In this document: positions 42,330 through 53,987 of the stretch, one piece after another
Layout of the letters: every line of letters starts with the position of its first letter
How positions within the stretch are numbered: the first letter of the stretch is position 1
Origin: Candidatus Marinacidobacterales bacterium
GTDB lineage: Bacteria > Acidobacteriota > Vicinamibacteria > Marinacidobacterales > SMYC01
DNA: 64,000 nt
Reading direction: 5' to 3'
NCBI GenBank assembly: GCA_965237955.1
Contig: OZ250169.1
Span: forward strand, 896,001 to 960,000
Notes under the pieces: generated by a model
The model's input: only the letters and a program-made list of their open reading frames with translations
What the model was told of the DNA's origin: nothing
The model's database searches: none
Program-made: the position numbers and the translations under genes

Positions 42330-43265
42330 ATGCGTATTTGCTCCTTGCTTCCTTCTGCGACCGAGATCGTCGGCGCACTGGGCCTCGTGGACTCGTTGGT
42401 AGGCGTCAGCTACGAGTGCGACTTTCCACGGGGCGTCCGGGACAAGCCCGTCGTCGTCAACTCGCGTCTGCCCGCGACCGAAGACCCCGCGGAGATAGAC
42501 CAGCACGTTCGGGAGTTTCTCGCGCGTGGCGAGAGTCTTTATCGGATCGAAAGCGATATTCTCCGAAAGGGCGAGCCCGACTTGATCATCACTCAATAGC
42601 TCTGCAACGTTTGTGCCGCGACGCCGGGGGATCTGGGCTCGGCTCTGAGCGAGCTCGCGGTGCAATCTAAAGTGGCCAAAGAGGCCAAAGTGCTGGCGCT
42701 CCACCCGCATCGCATCGAAGATGTGCTTGACGACATCCTCGCCGTGGGCGAAGCGACTGAACGTTTGGGCGAAGCGCGCCGACTTGTCGCTCGATTGCGG
42801 GATCGCATGGCGGCCGTCGCCAAGCATGTTGACAGTGTCGCATCGCGACCGCGCGTCCTCTGTCTGGAGTGGATCGACCCGCCGATGGTGGGCGGTCATT
42901 GGGTTCCAGAAATGGTAGAGCTCGCGGGCGGTATCGATGTTTTTGGAAAGGCTGAAAAACCTTCGTTCCGCGTGGAGTGGGATGACGTTTTCGAGGTGCG
43001 GGCCGATGTCGTCGTGGTCATGCCCTGTGGTTACGGACTCGAGAAAACGATCGGAGAGTATCGGAACACATCTTTTCCTGACGGATGGCACGACATGCCC
43101 GCGGTTCGACAGCGCCGGGTTTACGCCGTGGACGCGAATAGTTACTTCTCGCGGCCGGGTCCCCGCCTGGTGACCGGCGTCGATCTCCTCCTGCAAATGT
43201 TCCATCCGGAGGTTTCAGAGTTGGCCACGTTTTCCTCGGGAGCGGCGAAGCTAGAAGGTTCTTGA
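42330..43265 (+). pseudogene. Cobalamin/iron ABC substrate-binding protein with premature TAG at 42597
   Basis: MRICSLLPSATEIV..LG....LVGVS.ECDFP, LEW.DPP..GHW.PE, SRPGPRL. Confidence 0.85.
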
Positions 43266-43542
43266 GGCGATATGGAAAATCGAAGGCACATCTCCAATAA
43301 GGAAACCTTCAGACAGGATTGACAGGATAACAGGAAAGACTCGCAACTCGTCTATTGTTCCCATGGTGAAGGTTGGAGTGGGGCTCGCGAAAACGTCGGA
43401 TCTCCACAAGTGGGCCCGCACCGCCTATCGAGGTCGCCCACGCTCTCGCGGAGGAATCCGCTCCGGTGTTGCCGTATGATAGGAATTCGGCCGACTTATT
43501 AAACTCCTGCGGGACGCCGCCCGTATTCCTAGAAAAGGGCCC

Positions 43543-43725
43543 ATGAGTCGATATCGAAAGCTGACGTTTCTCGCCGGAGGTATCGTCGCCTTTATCCTCC
43601 TGGCCACCGTCTCCTACTTCGTGGTCCGTCAAGGGGATGCGAGCGCCGCGGCGACGGACGTCCTTAATGACGCGAAGGCCGCCGAGGGCGCCGTGCCGGT
43701 CGAAGTCGTAGAGGCGGCGACGGGC
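43543..43725 (+). pseudogene. RND efflux membrane-fusion protein N-terminus truncated by IS-B
   Basis: TM helix followed by AVPVEVV, then the TIR. Confidence 0.5.
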
Positions 43726-44812
43726 TGCCTTGGTGCACAACTCCGATAGAGGCCGAGAGCTCGCTTGGCCCCGACTCCCATCATCCGATCATCTCGCTAT
43801 CAGGCATCCCGAGCGCCGTCATCGTGTTGAGAATCTTGCACCCGATCCTTGCCTCGACTCTCTGTGCCGCCAACCCTCTCGCTCGCATCGCTGAGCCCAC
43901 GATAGCCTTGTAGCGATGGAACGTTGTCTCGACTTTGCTCCGTTTGCTGTAGCCCGATTCTGTGTGCCACTTTCGTTTGCCGAGCCGAGCTTGTGCTGCA
44001 ATGTTGCGATTGCGCTGTCGGCTGCTCGCCGGCCCCGATGCGAGCTGGGCGCCCTTGCGCGGCGGTATCAGCACCCTCGGCGAGCAATGAGCGCTGTGAT
44101 TCTCGATTGCCTCATAGACGCCGCCGGCGTCGTATGCGGTGTCAGCTCTGGCCGATGAGATGGGACTGTCGATCTGTCCGACAAGCGATGCAACCCGCGA
44201 TGAATCGCGGGCTCTTTTGCTCGTCAGCTCGCCGGCGACGACTTCGCCAGTCTGCTCGTCGACACACAGATGGAGCTTGCGATAGTCCCTGCTCTTTGGT
44301 GCTCTGCGCAGCTGGCCGGCGTGGACAGCGAGACCGCTGCTGTCGATCAAGATGTGCAACGGCGTCTTCTGCTTGTCTTGGTAGAAGGGGACCTTACCCA
44401 GCTTCGCCTTGCGCCTCGAGATCGTGGTGTGATCGGGCACATCATTGTCTAGCTTCATCAGAGCGAACAACGATCGCAGCAATCCCTCGCTCTGCCTAGA
44501 TGACAGATGAAACACCATGCCCAGGGTGACAGCCGTCTCGATGGCGTGGTTCGAGTACTTGCGTTGACGGCCCGGTTTCCTCCTCCTCGGCCGGGGCGCG
44601 TCCCAGTTCACAAGCTTGCCGGCGGTGAGCGAGATCCAGACGGTCAGGCTCCCACGGTTGCGTAGACCCGCCTCATATTCACGCCAATTCCTCACCCGAT
44701 AGGCCTTCTTCACATACTTCCGCTGAGTGCGTTTGAAAATGCTCATGGGGAACCTCGAATCCGTGAGTAAAGGACAATTGTGGACCGAGATCGCGAGTTG
44801 TGCACCAAGGCA
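43726..44812 (-). mobile_element. Intact IS-B (IS5/IS903-like), 1087 bp; transposase 43781-44746
   Basis: 18-bp TIR TGCCTTGGTGCACAACTC; uninterrupted DDE ORF. Confidence 0.95.
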
Positions 44813-45100
44813 CAGACGGGTGACATTTTGGCGTCGGAGCTCACCACGAACAACGAGGGGGATGCTTCCCAGGTATCGATTCTGCTCGCACAGATCGACG
44901 AGGCCATTTATCTCGTGAAGAGCAATTCCGGCATCCCCACCGCCGTCGATCCAGCCACGGGACAAGCGCACGACGGTCCGGTTCGACTCGACGGTATCTT
45001 CGAGATCTACGCTTCGCCGGTGGGTGTCGCCGGCAACGTCATCATTCTCGGGCGGGACGGCAACGCCCTCGTTCTCGAGAACGTCGTTGCACTACGCCTG
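44813..45100 (+). pseudogene. PQQ-like beta-propeller C-terminal remnant
   Basis: GPVRLDG...IYASPVG, paralogous to 57170-57260. Confidence 0.6.
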
Positions 45101-45165
45101 GCGTTCGGATACGGTTCCGCAGCCGGCACGACGACTCGGTTGCCGCGCATGAGGAAACGACCGAA

Positions 45166-46860
45166 ATGAAACAACAACTCGTCGAATGCGTTCCCAACTT
45201 CAGCGAAGGGAACGACATGTCGGTCATCAAGCAGATCACGTCGGAGATCGAGGGTGTCGAGGGCGTGAAGCTTCTCGATGTGGATCCGGGAAAGGCGACG
45301 AACAGAACGGTCGTCACCTTCGTGGGGACTCCGAAGGAGGTGATCGCAGCGGCGGTCCGGGCAGCGAGCAAGGCCGCCGAGCTCATCGACATGAGCCAGC
45401 ATTACGGCGAGCATCCCCGCTTCGGCGCCATCGATGTCTGTCCCTTGATCCCGGTGGCCAACATCACCATGGAAGAGACGGTGCAGCACGCCCACGAGCT
45501 CGCGAGACGGTTGGGAGAGGAAGTGGGTCTCACGATCTATTGCTACGAGCACGCGGCGCGAACGGAGCGGCGGAGAAACCTGGCGGTAGTGCGTGAAGGC
45601 GAGTACGAAGGGCTCAAGGACAGGCTCGCGAGCCCGGATTGGAAGCCCGATTTCGGTCCCGCTACATTCAACCCGAGGTCGGGGGCCACCGCCGTCGGAG
45701 CGCGGGACTTTCTCGTCGCCTATAACGTCAACTTGAACACCACGTCCACCCGTCGCGCCAACGCCATCGCCTTCGACGTGCGCGAGAAGGGACGCAAGAA
45801 ACGCGAGGGGAACCCGCTAACGGGGCGCGTCGTCAAGGACGAGAAAGGCGAGGACGTCTGGGTTCCAGGGTCCCTGAAAAGTGTCAAGGCCATCGGCTGG
45901 TTCATCAAAGAGTACGGCATCGCTCAGATCTCGATGAACCTCACCAATCTCGGCGTGGCTCCGGTTCACGTAGCCTTCGACGAAGTCTGCGAGAAGGCGC
46001 GACAAAGAGGCGTCCGGGTGACCGGCAGCGAGCTCGTCGGCCTCATCCCACTCAAGGCGATCCTCAATGCGGGCCGCTTCTTTCTCAGAAAGCAGGAGCG
46101 GTCGACCGGCGTCTCGGACGAGGAGCTCATCAAGATCGCCGTCAAGTCGCTCGGTTTGAACGATCTCTATCCTTTCAAGCCGGACGAGAAGATCATCGAA
46201 TACGCCATGGCGGACCGCTCGAAAGGACGACTGATTGACATGACGGTCGCGGACTTCACCCACGAGACGGCCAGCGAATCTCCCGCTCCCGGAGGTGGTT
46301 CCATCTCCGCCGCGGTCGGGGCCCTGGGCGCCGCGCTCGCGACCATGGTGGCAAACCTGTCAGCGCACAAGTGGGGCTGGGACGATCGTTGGGAAGAGTT
46401 CTCGACCTGGGCGGAGAAAGGCAAGAACTATCACGACGAGCTACTAGCCCTTGTGGACGAAGACACCGAAGCCTTCAACAAGGTCATGGACGTCTTCGCC
46501 ATGGCAAGAGACACGAAGGCACAGAAGGCCGAAAGAAAGCGCTCGATGCAGGAGGCGACGAAATACGCCATGGACGTTCCGTTCAGGGTGATGCAGAGCT
46601 CTTTCGATTCCATGGAAGTGATCAGGGCGATGGCGGAGAAAGGCAACCCGAGCTCCGTCTCCGATGCCGGCGTCGGGGCGCTCTGCGCCCGCACCGCCGT
46701 TTCGGGAGCGTATCTCAACATCAAGACCAACGCCGCTGGACTCGAGGACAAGAAGTTCGTGGACGACATGCTCAAAAAAGCCGAAGAGATCGAGAAGAAG
46801 GCCTTGTCTCTCGAACAAGAGATACTCGCCATCGTGAACCGTCACATCTCTTCTTCTTAG
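45166..46860 (+). CDS. ftcD: Glutamate formiminotransferase / formiminotetrahydrofolate cyclodeaminase (bifunctional)
   Basis: LVECVPNFSEG, HPRFGA.DV.P, PAPGGGS, SDAGV...N..N. Confidence 0.93.
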   Translation: MKQQLVECVPNFSEGNDMSVIKQITSEIEGVEGVKLLDVDPGKATNRTVVTFVGTPKEVIAAAVRAASKAAELIDMSQHYGEHPRFGAIDVCPLIPVANITMEETVQHAHELARRLGEEVGLTIYCYEHAARTERRRNLAVVREGEYEGLKDRLASPDWKPDFGPATFNPRSGATAVGARDFLVAYNVNLNTTSTRRANAIAFDVREKGRKKREGNPLTGRVVKDEKGEDVWVPGSLKSVKAIGWFIKEYGIAQISMNLTNLGVAPVHVAFDEVCEKARQRGVRVTGSELVGLIPLKAILNAGRFFLRKQERSTGVSDEELIKIAVKSLGLNDLYPFKPDEKIIEYAMADRSKGRLIDMTVADFTHETASESPAPGGGSISAAVGALGAALATMVANLSAHKWGWDDRWEEFSTWAEKGKNYHDELLALVDEDTEAFNKVMDVFAMARDTKAQKAERKRSMQEATKYAMDVPFRVMQSSFDSMEVIRAMAEKGNPSSVSDAGVGALCARTAVSGAYLNIKTNAAGLEDKKFVDDMLKKAEEIEKKALSLEQEILAIVNRHISSS

Positions 46861-47030
46861 GTTTCCCTCCCGGCTCCTGTCTCACGGATAACGGATAGGT
46901 AGTTCTATCGAGGCTATCGGCCGCGAGTGAGCGCGCGACGACGCGGGATAAGGCACACGAGTGTTCGGAGCCGTCGACCGTGCACGCGGTACCTCCTCTG
47001 CCAGAGAGACGACTTGTTCGGAACGGCGCC

Positions 47031-48461
47031 TCAAGCCAGGATCTTTTCGGCCACCACGCCCGCGACGTCCGTCAGCCGGAAGTCCCGCCCGCTGAAGCGG
47101 TAGGTCAGCTTCTCGTGATCCATCCCGAGCAAGTGCAGAACCGTCGCGTGGAAATCGTGGATGTGCATGCGATCCTCGACAGCGTGGTAGCCGATGTCAT
47201 CGGTCGCGCCATAGACGAACCCCGCTTTGACACCGCCCCCCGCCATCCAGATCGTGTAGCCATAGGGGTTGTGATCGCGCCCGTCCCCGCCCTCCGAGAC
47301 CGGCGTGCGCCCGAACTCTCCGGCCCAGATGACAAGCGTGTCCTTCAGCAAATCGCGTGATTTGAGATCGCGGACGAGGCCCGCAATCGGACGGTCGACC
47401 TCGCGCGCGTTCTTGCTGTGATCAGAAAATAGATTCGTGTGCTGATCCCACTTGTAGCTGTGGGTGCATTGGATATAACGCACGTCCCGCTCGACCAGTC
47501 GGCGTGCCAGCAGACATTGCCACGCGAAATCCGCGGTCAGGGGATCGTCGAGGCCGTAGAGCTTCTTGGTCGCTATCGACTCGCTCTCGACATCGAAGGC
47601 CTCCGGCGCCTCCACTTGCATGCGCGCTGCGAGCTCGAAGGATTGGATGCGGGCTTCGAGCTCCGGATCGGAGCGTCTCAAATCGGCGTGCCGTCGATTG
47701 ATGTTCTCGAGCATCTCGAGCTCGTAGCCTTGCTGCTCGCCGGTAAGCTCTTTTTGGACGAGATATTCGATCGGCTCCGCGCGCAACGTCTCCACCTCGA
47801 GCCCCGCATGTCCGATGGCCGTTCCCTGATAGGCGCCGGGCAAGAAAGCCGAGCTCCAATTCTTGGCGCCGCCATGGGAAAGCGTCGGCTTGATGGTGAT
47901 GAATCCGGGCAGATTCTCGTTTTCGCTACCGAGGCCGTATACCGTCCACGACCCCATGCTCGGGCGGGTAAACGTACTCGTACCCGTGAACGTCTGAAGC
48001 ATCGCCGCGCCGTGGTCGACGCCTTCCCCGACCATCGAGCGGATGATGCATAGCTCGTCCACGACGTCTCGCACCTCCGGAAACAAATCGCTCACCGGGA
48101 TGCCGCTCTTTCCCCCTGGATGGAAATCCCAAAGAGGCTTCATCAAGGGACCCGGGGGGTGCTCGTCGTCAAAGGCCAGTGGCCGTTTGATGGGAAGCGG
48201 CTTTCCGTGATCGCGATAAAGACGCGGCTTGGGGTCGAAGATGTCGATGCTCGACGGGCCGCCATGCATGAATAGAAAGATCACGCGTTTCGCACGGGGC
48301 TCGAAATGAGGCTCGCGCGGTGCCAGCGGGTTCTGGGCGGCGGCCGCGAGCCCCGTGCGGTCGGCGAGCAGGTCGGAAAGACCGAACAGGCCAAAGCCGT
48401 AAGCCGTTCCACGCAGGAGGCCCCTGCGGGTCACCGGTATTCTGGACAGCTCCCTGTACAT
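47031..48461 (-). CDS. DUF1501 domain protein (Tat signal)
   Basis: TRR.LL, AKRVIFLFM.GGPS..D.FDPKP, GEFGRTP, GRDHNP. Confidence 0.92.
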   Translation of the reverse strand: MYRELSRIPVTRRGLLRGTAYGFGLFGLSDLLADRTGLAAAAQNPLAPREPHFEPRAKRVIFLFMHGGPSSIDIFDPKPRLYRDHGKPLPIKRPLAFDDEHPPGPLMKPLWDFHPGGKSGIPVSDLFPEVRDVVDELCIIRSMVGEGVDHGAAMLQTFTGTSTFTRPSMGSWTVYGLGSENENLPGFITIKPTLSHGGAKNWSSAFLPGAYQGTAIGHAGLEVETLRAEPIEYLVQKELTGEQQGYELEMLENINRRHADLRRSDPELEARIQSFELAARMQVEAPEAFDVESESIATKKLYGLDDPLTADFAWQCLLARRLVERDVRYIQCTHSYKWDQHTNLFSDHSKNAREVDRPIAGLVRDLKSRDLLKDTLVIWAGEFGRTPVSEGGDGRDHNPYGYTIWMAGGGVKAGFVYGATDDIGYHAVEDRMHIHDFHATVLHLLGMDHEKLTYRFSGRDFRLTDVAGVVAEKILA

Positions 48462-48472
48462 CGTTGTGGTCG

Positions 48473-51319
48473 TCAATCTACGTAGATGAACTCGTTGGAG
48501 GCCATCAGAATCTTGCAGAGGCTCTTCCACGCGCCACGCTCCGCCAAAACACCCGGAAACCTTATCATGAGCCGCTCTACGTAACCGCTACCCGATTCGA
48601 TTTCCTCCCCGGTCGCGGGGCGGTTCAGGATCGCGAGATAGGCGCGATGGATACGCCTTGCAACGTCCCCGTCAGTCTCCTCCAGAAGCGACGCCGCGAG
48701 GTTACCGGCCCGTTCAGCGACAAATGTGCTGTTCATCATGAACAGCGCCTGTGGCGGTACGTTCGTGCTCGACCTCTTCGCCACGGAGTTCACCGCATCG
48801 CCGAAGTCGAACAAGCCGAGAAGCGGCGGCAGATTGGCGCGGCGGAGAGGCAAGTAAACCGTTCTCCGGTGGACGGTGGATGGATCGAGGCTGAGCCTAT
48901 CGTTACTGTTCTCGGGGTCCGTACCCACGCGGTCGTCGAGCGTGCCCCCCATCGTGAAGTCGAGCGACCCGTCTATCGCAAGTAGGCCGTCACGAATCTC
49001 CTCGACATCGAGCCTGCGCCGAGAGAAATGCGACAAGAAACGGTTCTCCGGATCGCGCAGGTGGGCCTCGGGCGAGATGTCACTCGACATGCGATAGGCG
49101 CTCGAACGCAGTATGCGGCGGTGCAGATCCTTGATCGACCAGCCGCTCGCGACGAAACGACGGGCGAGATAGTCTAGAAGCTCTGGATGGCTCGGGACCT
49201 CACCCATTTTTCCAAAGTTGCTCGACGTACGGACCAACCCCTCGCCGAAGTGCCACTGCCACACGCGATTGACCATCACTCTCGCCGTAAGAGGGTGCTC
49301 GGGCGTCGTGAGCCATTGCGCGAGCTCGAGCCGTCCACTTGTCGAGAGCTCCGGAAGTGGGGGGTCGTCCTCGAGGATGGAAAGAAATCCCATGGGCGCG
49401 TCTTCCCCTGGAGTTCGATAGTCCCCTCGGAGGAACACCTTCTGCAAAAAGGGCTCCCCCTCCGCTACAGCGGAGGCCATCGGAGGCGTGGGCGGCGCGG
49501 ACTTCTCTAGCGCTGCGAGCTGCTCCTCGAGCTCACGCAAGCGTTTGATCGTCTCGGTGGAGAAAGCATTTTCATAGTCGTCTTCGGAGACGGCCAACGG
49601 ACCGTCGTCGTCGAAGTGGACGCCGTAGTGGAAGCGGACCGTTCCCGGGAGAATCTCGGGTCGCTTCGGCGGAGGCTCGTCCATCTCCGGACGCGCCGCG
49701 AGGATCTCGTTCCATCGTTCCCCGATCTTGGCGTTCCATTCGGAAAGGTCGGCCCGGTCCTGGTCACGATAGGCCCGCGCCACGTCGGGACGCGCGCGCA
49801 GAGACGCTTCGCGCCACGCCGCCATATGCGGTCTCGGAATCTCACGCGGCTCCAGATAGGCCACCCAGGATTCCAAGAGGTCCGGATCGAGTTCCATCTC
49901 GCTGGCAACAGCCGCGGAGTCCTCGCCGCCCCCGTGGACGCGTTCGGACGCGAGCATGTAGGCGTCTATTTCTGGAACCAGCCGCTCGTTGCGGCGCGCT
50001 AGCGCCTCGTCGACGACATTCTGGATATCGGCCCTCCTGTGGAGAATAAGATTCTGCGACCGCCGATAGATTTCGTAAATCGGCTCGGGCACGAGCGGGC
50101 GCGACCAACGCGAGAAGTCGCGACGATCATCATCGGCGAAGCTTTCGGTGCGCGCAAAAATGGAGACCATCGAGTAGTAATCCCGCGTCGGGATGGGATC
50201 GAATTTATGATCGTGGCAACGCGCGCAGGTCACGGTGAGCCCGAGAAAGGCCTTCGAGACGACGTCGAGCTGCTCGTCATAGATGTCGTAGAGCATGCGC
50301 TTTTTATCCTGCTGAGCCAGCGCTTTGGGGCCGAGCGCGAGAAAGCCCGTCGCGACGATGCCTTGCACGTTCACCTCGCCGCCGTCCTCAGCGGGAAGAA
50401 GGTCGCCCGCAACCTGCTCCTGCACGAAGCGGACATACGGCAGGTCTTCATTGAAGGCCCGGATTACGTAGTCGCGGTAGCGCCATCCATGCGGATAGCG
50501 AACGTCCTCGTCGTTGCCCGTGGAATCCGCGTAACGCGCTACATCCAACCAGTGCCGGCCCCAGCGCTCGCCATAGCGCGGCGAAGCGAGCAACCGCTCG
50601 ACGACAGCGTCAAATGCCGACGGGGAGTCGTCGGAGACGAAGTTTCGAATCTCGTCTGCGGTCGGCGGGAGTCCTGTGAGGTCGTACGTCACCCGCCTCA
50701 AAAGAGTGAGCTTGTGCGCCGGCGGCGCGGGCTCGAGGCCCTCCGCGTCGAGTTTCGCGAGGAGGAAACGATCGATGGCGCCGAGGGGCCACGATCCCGG
50801 GACGGCCGGCGGGGCCGGATCGCTCATCGTCTGGAACGCCCAAAAGCTCCTTTGTTCCTTCGTGAAAGCCGCCTCTACGTCGGAAGGCACCGAAGCCGGC
50901 CCCGCATCGGGCCACGGCGCTCCCATCTCGACCCAAGTGCGAAACGCCTCGATCGCTTTGGGCGCAAGCCTGCCATCCGGGGGCATCTTCACGCGGCCCT
51001 CGTAGCTGATGGCGGCGAGCAATCGCGAGCGCTCCGGTGCTTCCGAACGCAACGGATTCGACAGATTCGACAGATTTGACAAATTTAACAAATTTAACAG
51101 GGGGCCTGTCGTCGCACCCTTCGCGAATCCCGCGGCGCTCGTCAAATCGAGCCCACCTTCCAAAACCGCCGGGTTGTGACACGCGACACAACGCTCGACG
51201 AGGATGGGGCGGACCGATTTTTCGAAGAGCTCCCTGTCGAGCTCCTGAGCCGGCAGAAGCGACGACAAGAGGCCGAACACGAGCATGAGCGTAGCGTGCA
51301 ACGCAGGATTCGTGGCCAT
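48473..51319 (-). CDS. Planctomycete cytochrome c + DUF1549/DUF1553 (PSCyt2/PSD1) protein
   Basis: CVACH, YGERWGRHWLDVARYADS, CARCHDHKFDPI, RV.VNRVW..HFG.GLV. Confidence 0.93.
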   Translation of the reverse strand: MATNPALHATLMLVFGLLSSLLPAQELDRELFEKSVRPILVERCVACHNPAVLEGGLDLTSAAGFAKGATTGPLLNLLNLSNLSNLSNPLRSEAPERSRLLAAISYEGRVKMPPDGRLAPKAIEAFRTWVEMGAPWPDAGPASVPSDVEAAFTKEQRSFWAFQTMSDPAPPAVPGSWPLGAIDRFLLAKLDAEGLEPAPPAHKLTLLRRVTYDLTGLPPTADEIRNFVSDDSPSAFDAVVERLLASPRYGERWGRHWLDVARYADSTGNDEDVRYPHGWRYRDYVIRAFNEDLPYVRFVQEQVAGDLLPAEDGGEVNVQGIVATGFLALGPKALAQQDKKRMLYDIYDEQLDVVSKAFLGLTVTCARCHDHKFDPIPTRDYYSMVSIFARTESFADDDRRDFSRWSRPLVPEPIYEIYRRSQNLILHRRADIQNVVDEALARRNERLVPEIDAYMLASERVHGGGEDSAAVASEMELDPDLLESWVAYLEPREIPRPHMAAWREASLRARPDVARAYRDQDRADLSEWNAKIGERWNEILAARPEMDEPPPKRPEILPGTVRFHYGVHFDDDGPLAVSEDDYENAFSTETIKRLRELEEQLAALEKSAPPTPPMASAVAEGEPFLQKVFLRGDYRTPGEDAPMGFLSILEDDPPLPELSTSGRLELAQWLTTPEHPLTARVMVNRVWQWHFGEGLVRTSSNFGKMGEVPSHPELLDYLARRFVASGWSIKDLHRRILRSSAYRMSSDISPEAHLRDPENRFLSHFSRRRLDVEEIRDGLLAIDGSLDFTMGGTLDDRVGTDPENSNDRLSLDPSTVHRRTVYLPLRRANLPPLLGLFDFGDAVNSVAKRSSTNVPPQALFMMNSTFVAERAGNLAASLLEETDGDVARRIHRAYLAILNRPATGEEIESGSGYVERLMIRFPGVLAERGAWKSLCKILMASNEFIYVD
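51053..51098. repeat. Degenerate 9-bp tandem repeat (5 units) inside the CDS
   Basis: ggattcgac agattcgac agatttgac aaatttaac aaatttaac, encoding LLNLLNLSNLSNLSNP. Confidence 0.8.
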
Positions 51320-51958
51320 GTTCTTCAGAAAATATGCCCATCAGAGCCCTCATGTCAACAACCGATAGGCTATTCTGACTTCGATAACTGGTGCTTCCGC
51401 AATCAAGGGTGCCTGCGCCGGCCGCTGTTGAGCTGTCGCCCTCAAGTAGGTGAGTCGGTGCCCCCCTGGACGATCCCCATCGCGCCTCTCCTTTTTAGGC
51501 CGGAGATGCGGACGCCGATCGTCAAGATTGCGGCGATGACCGACAAGGACCACACGACATCCGTTTCTGGGCGGCTTCACGATGAGCCGGCACCCGGAAA
51601 CGGTTCCGATAACCGAGAGCCGCGCCCAGCTTGAACAAATCGTCCTCGAGGCCAAGATGCTCGCGGGCGTTACCCACGTTACCGAAGAGCTCTCTGTTTT
51701 GCCCTTGCACCCGTTCTCCCAAAGCCCGCGGCCATCTCCTCCGCCAAGCGACGCCCCACGTCTGTCTATACACACCAATACCCCCAAAAGGAGTCGTCTG
51801 ACATCGAGTCCACGGGCACCCGAGGCTCTGATATCCTCGTCGAGGCGAGCGGCCGGTTACGGCCTGCATGCAAGCTGAGAAAATTGGACCCAATACGCTT
51901 ACGATGGCCTGTGATTTTTCCTATCCTTTATACCCTCATTCCCGAAAGGAGAGACACT

Positions 51959-53477
51959 ATGAGCTCGACGCGTCGGAGGCCTCACGCATCGGTGCTTGCG
52001 CTCGGAGCCTTTTCGCTCATTGGATGCGCGGCCCCTCAGTCCACCGACACGAAGCCAGCGGGAGAGGGCGAACGTCCTCTTCATTTCCATCGACGATCTG
52101 AACGACTGGATCACGCCTCTGGGTGGTCATCCGCAGTCAAGAACGCCGAACTTGGAGCGTCTGGCACGAGAGGGTGTGACCTTCACGCGCACCTACACCG
52201 CCTCGCCAGCGTGCAATCCCTCGCGGACGGCGCTCTTGACCGGGCTCCACCCTTACAGCACGGGCCTGTACTCGAACTACCAGTACTGGCGGAAGGTGCT
52301 TCCGGACGCCGAGACGCTGCCGGGCTACTTCAAGGACCACGGCTACTGGACGGGTGGTGCCGGCAAGATCTTCCACAACACCGAGCCCCATCCGCCGTCG
52401 TGGAACGAATACTTTCCTTCCAAAGAAGATACGATGCCAGACTACTTTCATCCCAGGCCCGGTGAGACGGTGAACATGCCCCGCTTCGAGAACATGTCCG
52501 GTGTTTTCGACTGGTCGCCCATCGATATCCCCGATGAGGAGACCGGGGACTATCGCTCGGTGAGTTGGGTGATCGAGCAACTCTAGCGCGAGCACGATCG
52601 TCCCTTCTTTCTCGCCGCCGGAATCTACCGCCCGCATACTCCCTTCTACGTACCGCGCGAGTACTTCGATTTGTTTCCGCTTGAATCGATCGAGCTTCCG
52701 AAGACGCTCGGAGGCGACCTGGACGACGTTTCAGAGCGGGGGCGCGAGATCGCCCGCCGGGCTGGCAACTACCATTCTCACGTCGTCGAGGCCGGCCAGT
52801 GGAAACAGGCGGTACAGGGCTATCTCGCCTCCATCGCCTTTGCCGATGCGCTGGTGGGAAGGCTACTCGAGGCGCTCGAGCGAAGTCCGTACGCCAACAA
52901 CACCATTGTCGTCCTCTGGTCCGACCATGGCTGGCAGCTGGGAGAGAAGGAGCACTGGAGGAAATTCGCCCTCTGGGACAACGTGGCGAGGACGGTGCTG
53001 ATGATGAAAGTTCCGAGCGGCACGCCCGGTCTGCCCCAGGGCTCGAAGGCGGGGAGCCGCGTCGAGCGCGTCACCTCGCTCGTGGATCTCTTTCCCACTC
53101 TCGTCGAGCTTGCCGGCCTACCCGCGAAGGACGGGTTGGACGGCCGCAGCCTGGCACCGCTCCTCGCGGATCCGCAGGCGGTGTGGGATCACCCGGCGAT
53201 CACGACGTATGACATCTTCGAGTTCTCCATCCGCACCGAGGACTGGCGCTACATCCGCTACATCGACGACAGCGAGGAGCTTTACGACCACCGGAACGAC
53301 CCGGAGGAGTGGACGAACCTGGCGGACGATCCCGAGCACGCGGAGGTCAAGGCGCGGCTGGCAGGTTACATCCCCCGGAATCCGGCTCCCTTCGTCGAGA
53401 CGTCCTTTCAGCTCATGCCGCATCATGTGCGCCCCTTTCGCAGCAAAGAGGATTACGAGACCAGCCGGCAGGATTAG
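51959..53477 (+). pseudogene. Sulfatase (iduronate/choline-sulfatase-like) with frameshift near 52060 and TAG at 52584
   Basis: NVLFISIDDLN, CNPSR formylglycine motif, SDHG..LGEK. Confidence 0.88.
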
Positions 53478-53900
53478 CCCCGCGTGTCTACCCTCGAGAT
53501 CGTGCTCGTTTCGGGAGACGTTCCGTAGAAGACGATCGCCGCGTCGAGCTTCGGCTGGTTCACCGCGTAGCGAAAGCTCTCTCCACCACCCCAGCAAAAA
53601 CCGATCGTCGCCGTCTTGCCGTTCGAGATCGTTAGAGCGTGCCGGCGTACGGCGTCAATGGCGGCGTGGATCTGAGTGCCCGTGAGCTTCCGCATCGCGA
53701 GCCCGACATAACCCGAGGCGGCGACCTGGAGAGCGGCGGCGCGCGTCCAATCGTTCAAGCCGCGGATTCCGTGGATGAGAACGACCGCAGGCCGTTGCTT
53801 GCCGGCCTCGGGATAAACGACCCAAGTCCGGAGTGGCGCTTCTCCGCCGCGATCGATCTCGATCCAACCGCCCTGGTGCTGCGGGCTCCGAATAATGCGG
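53474..53900 (-). pseudogene. Dienelactone hydrolase remnant
   Basis: V.LIH.I.GLNDW, GFCWGG, A.VFYG; internal deletions and missing C-terminus. Confidence 0.75.
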
Positions 53901-53987
53901 AAACGACTCTTGCCGAGGTAGGCCCCGGCCTTGCCAATTCGACGCGGAGTTTCGATATCATCTCGGACCGGGGTGGACGCAATTCGG

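Noticed and set aside
43717-44821. Possible TSD around intact IS-B (gcgacgggc / cagacgggt)
   Set aside because: Only 6 of 9 bases match and the two flanks belong to different gene families.
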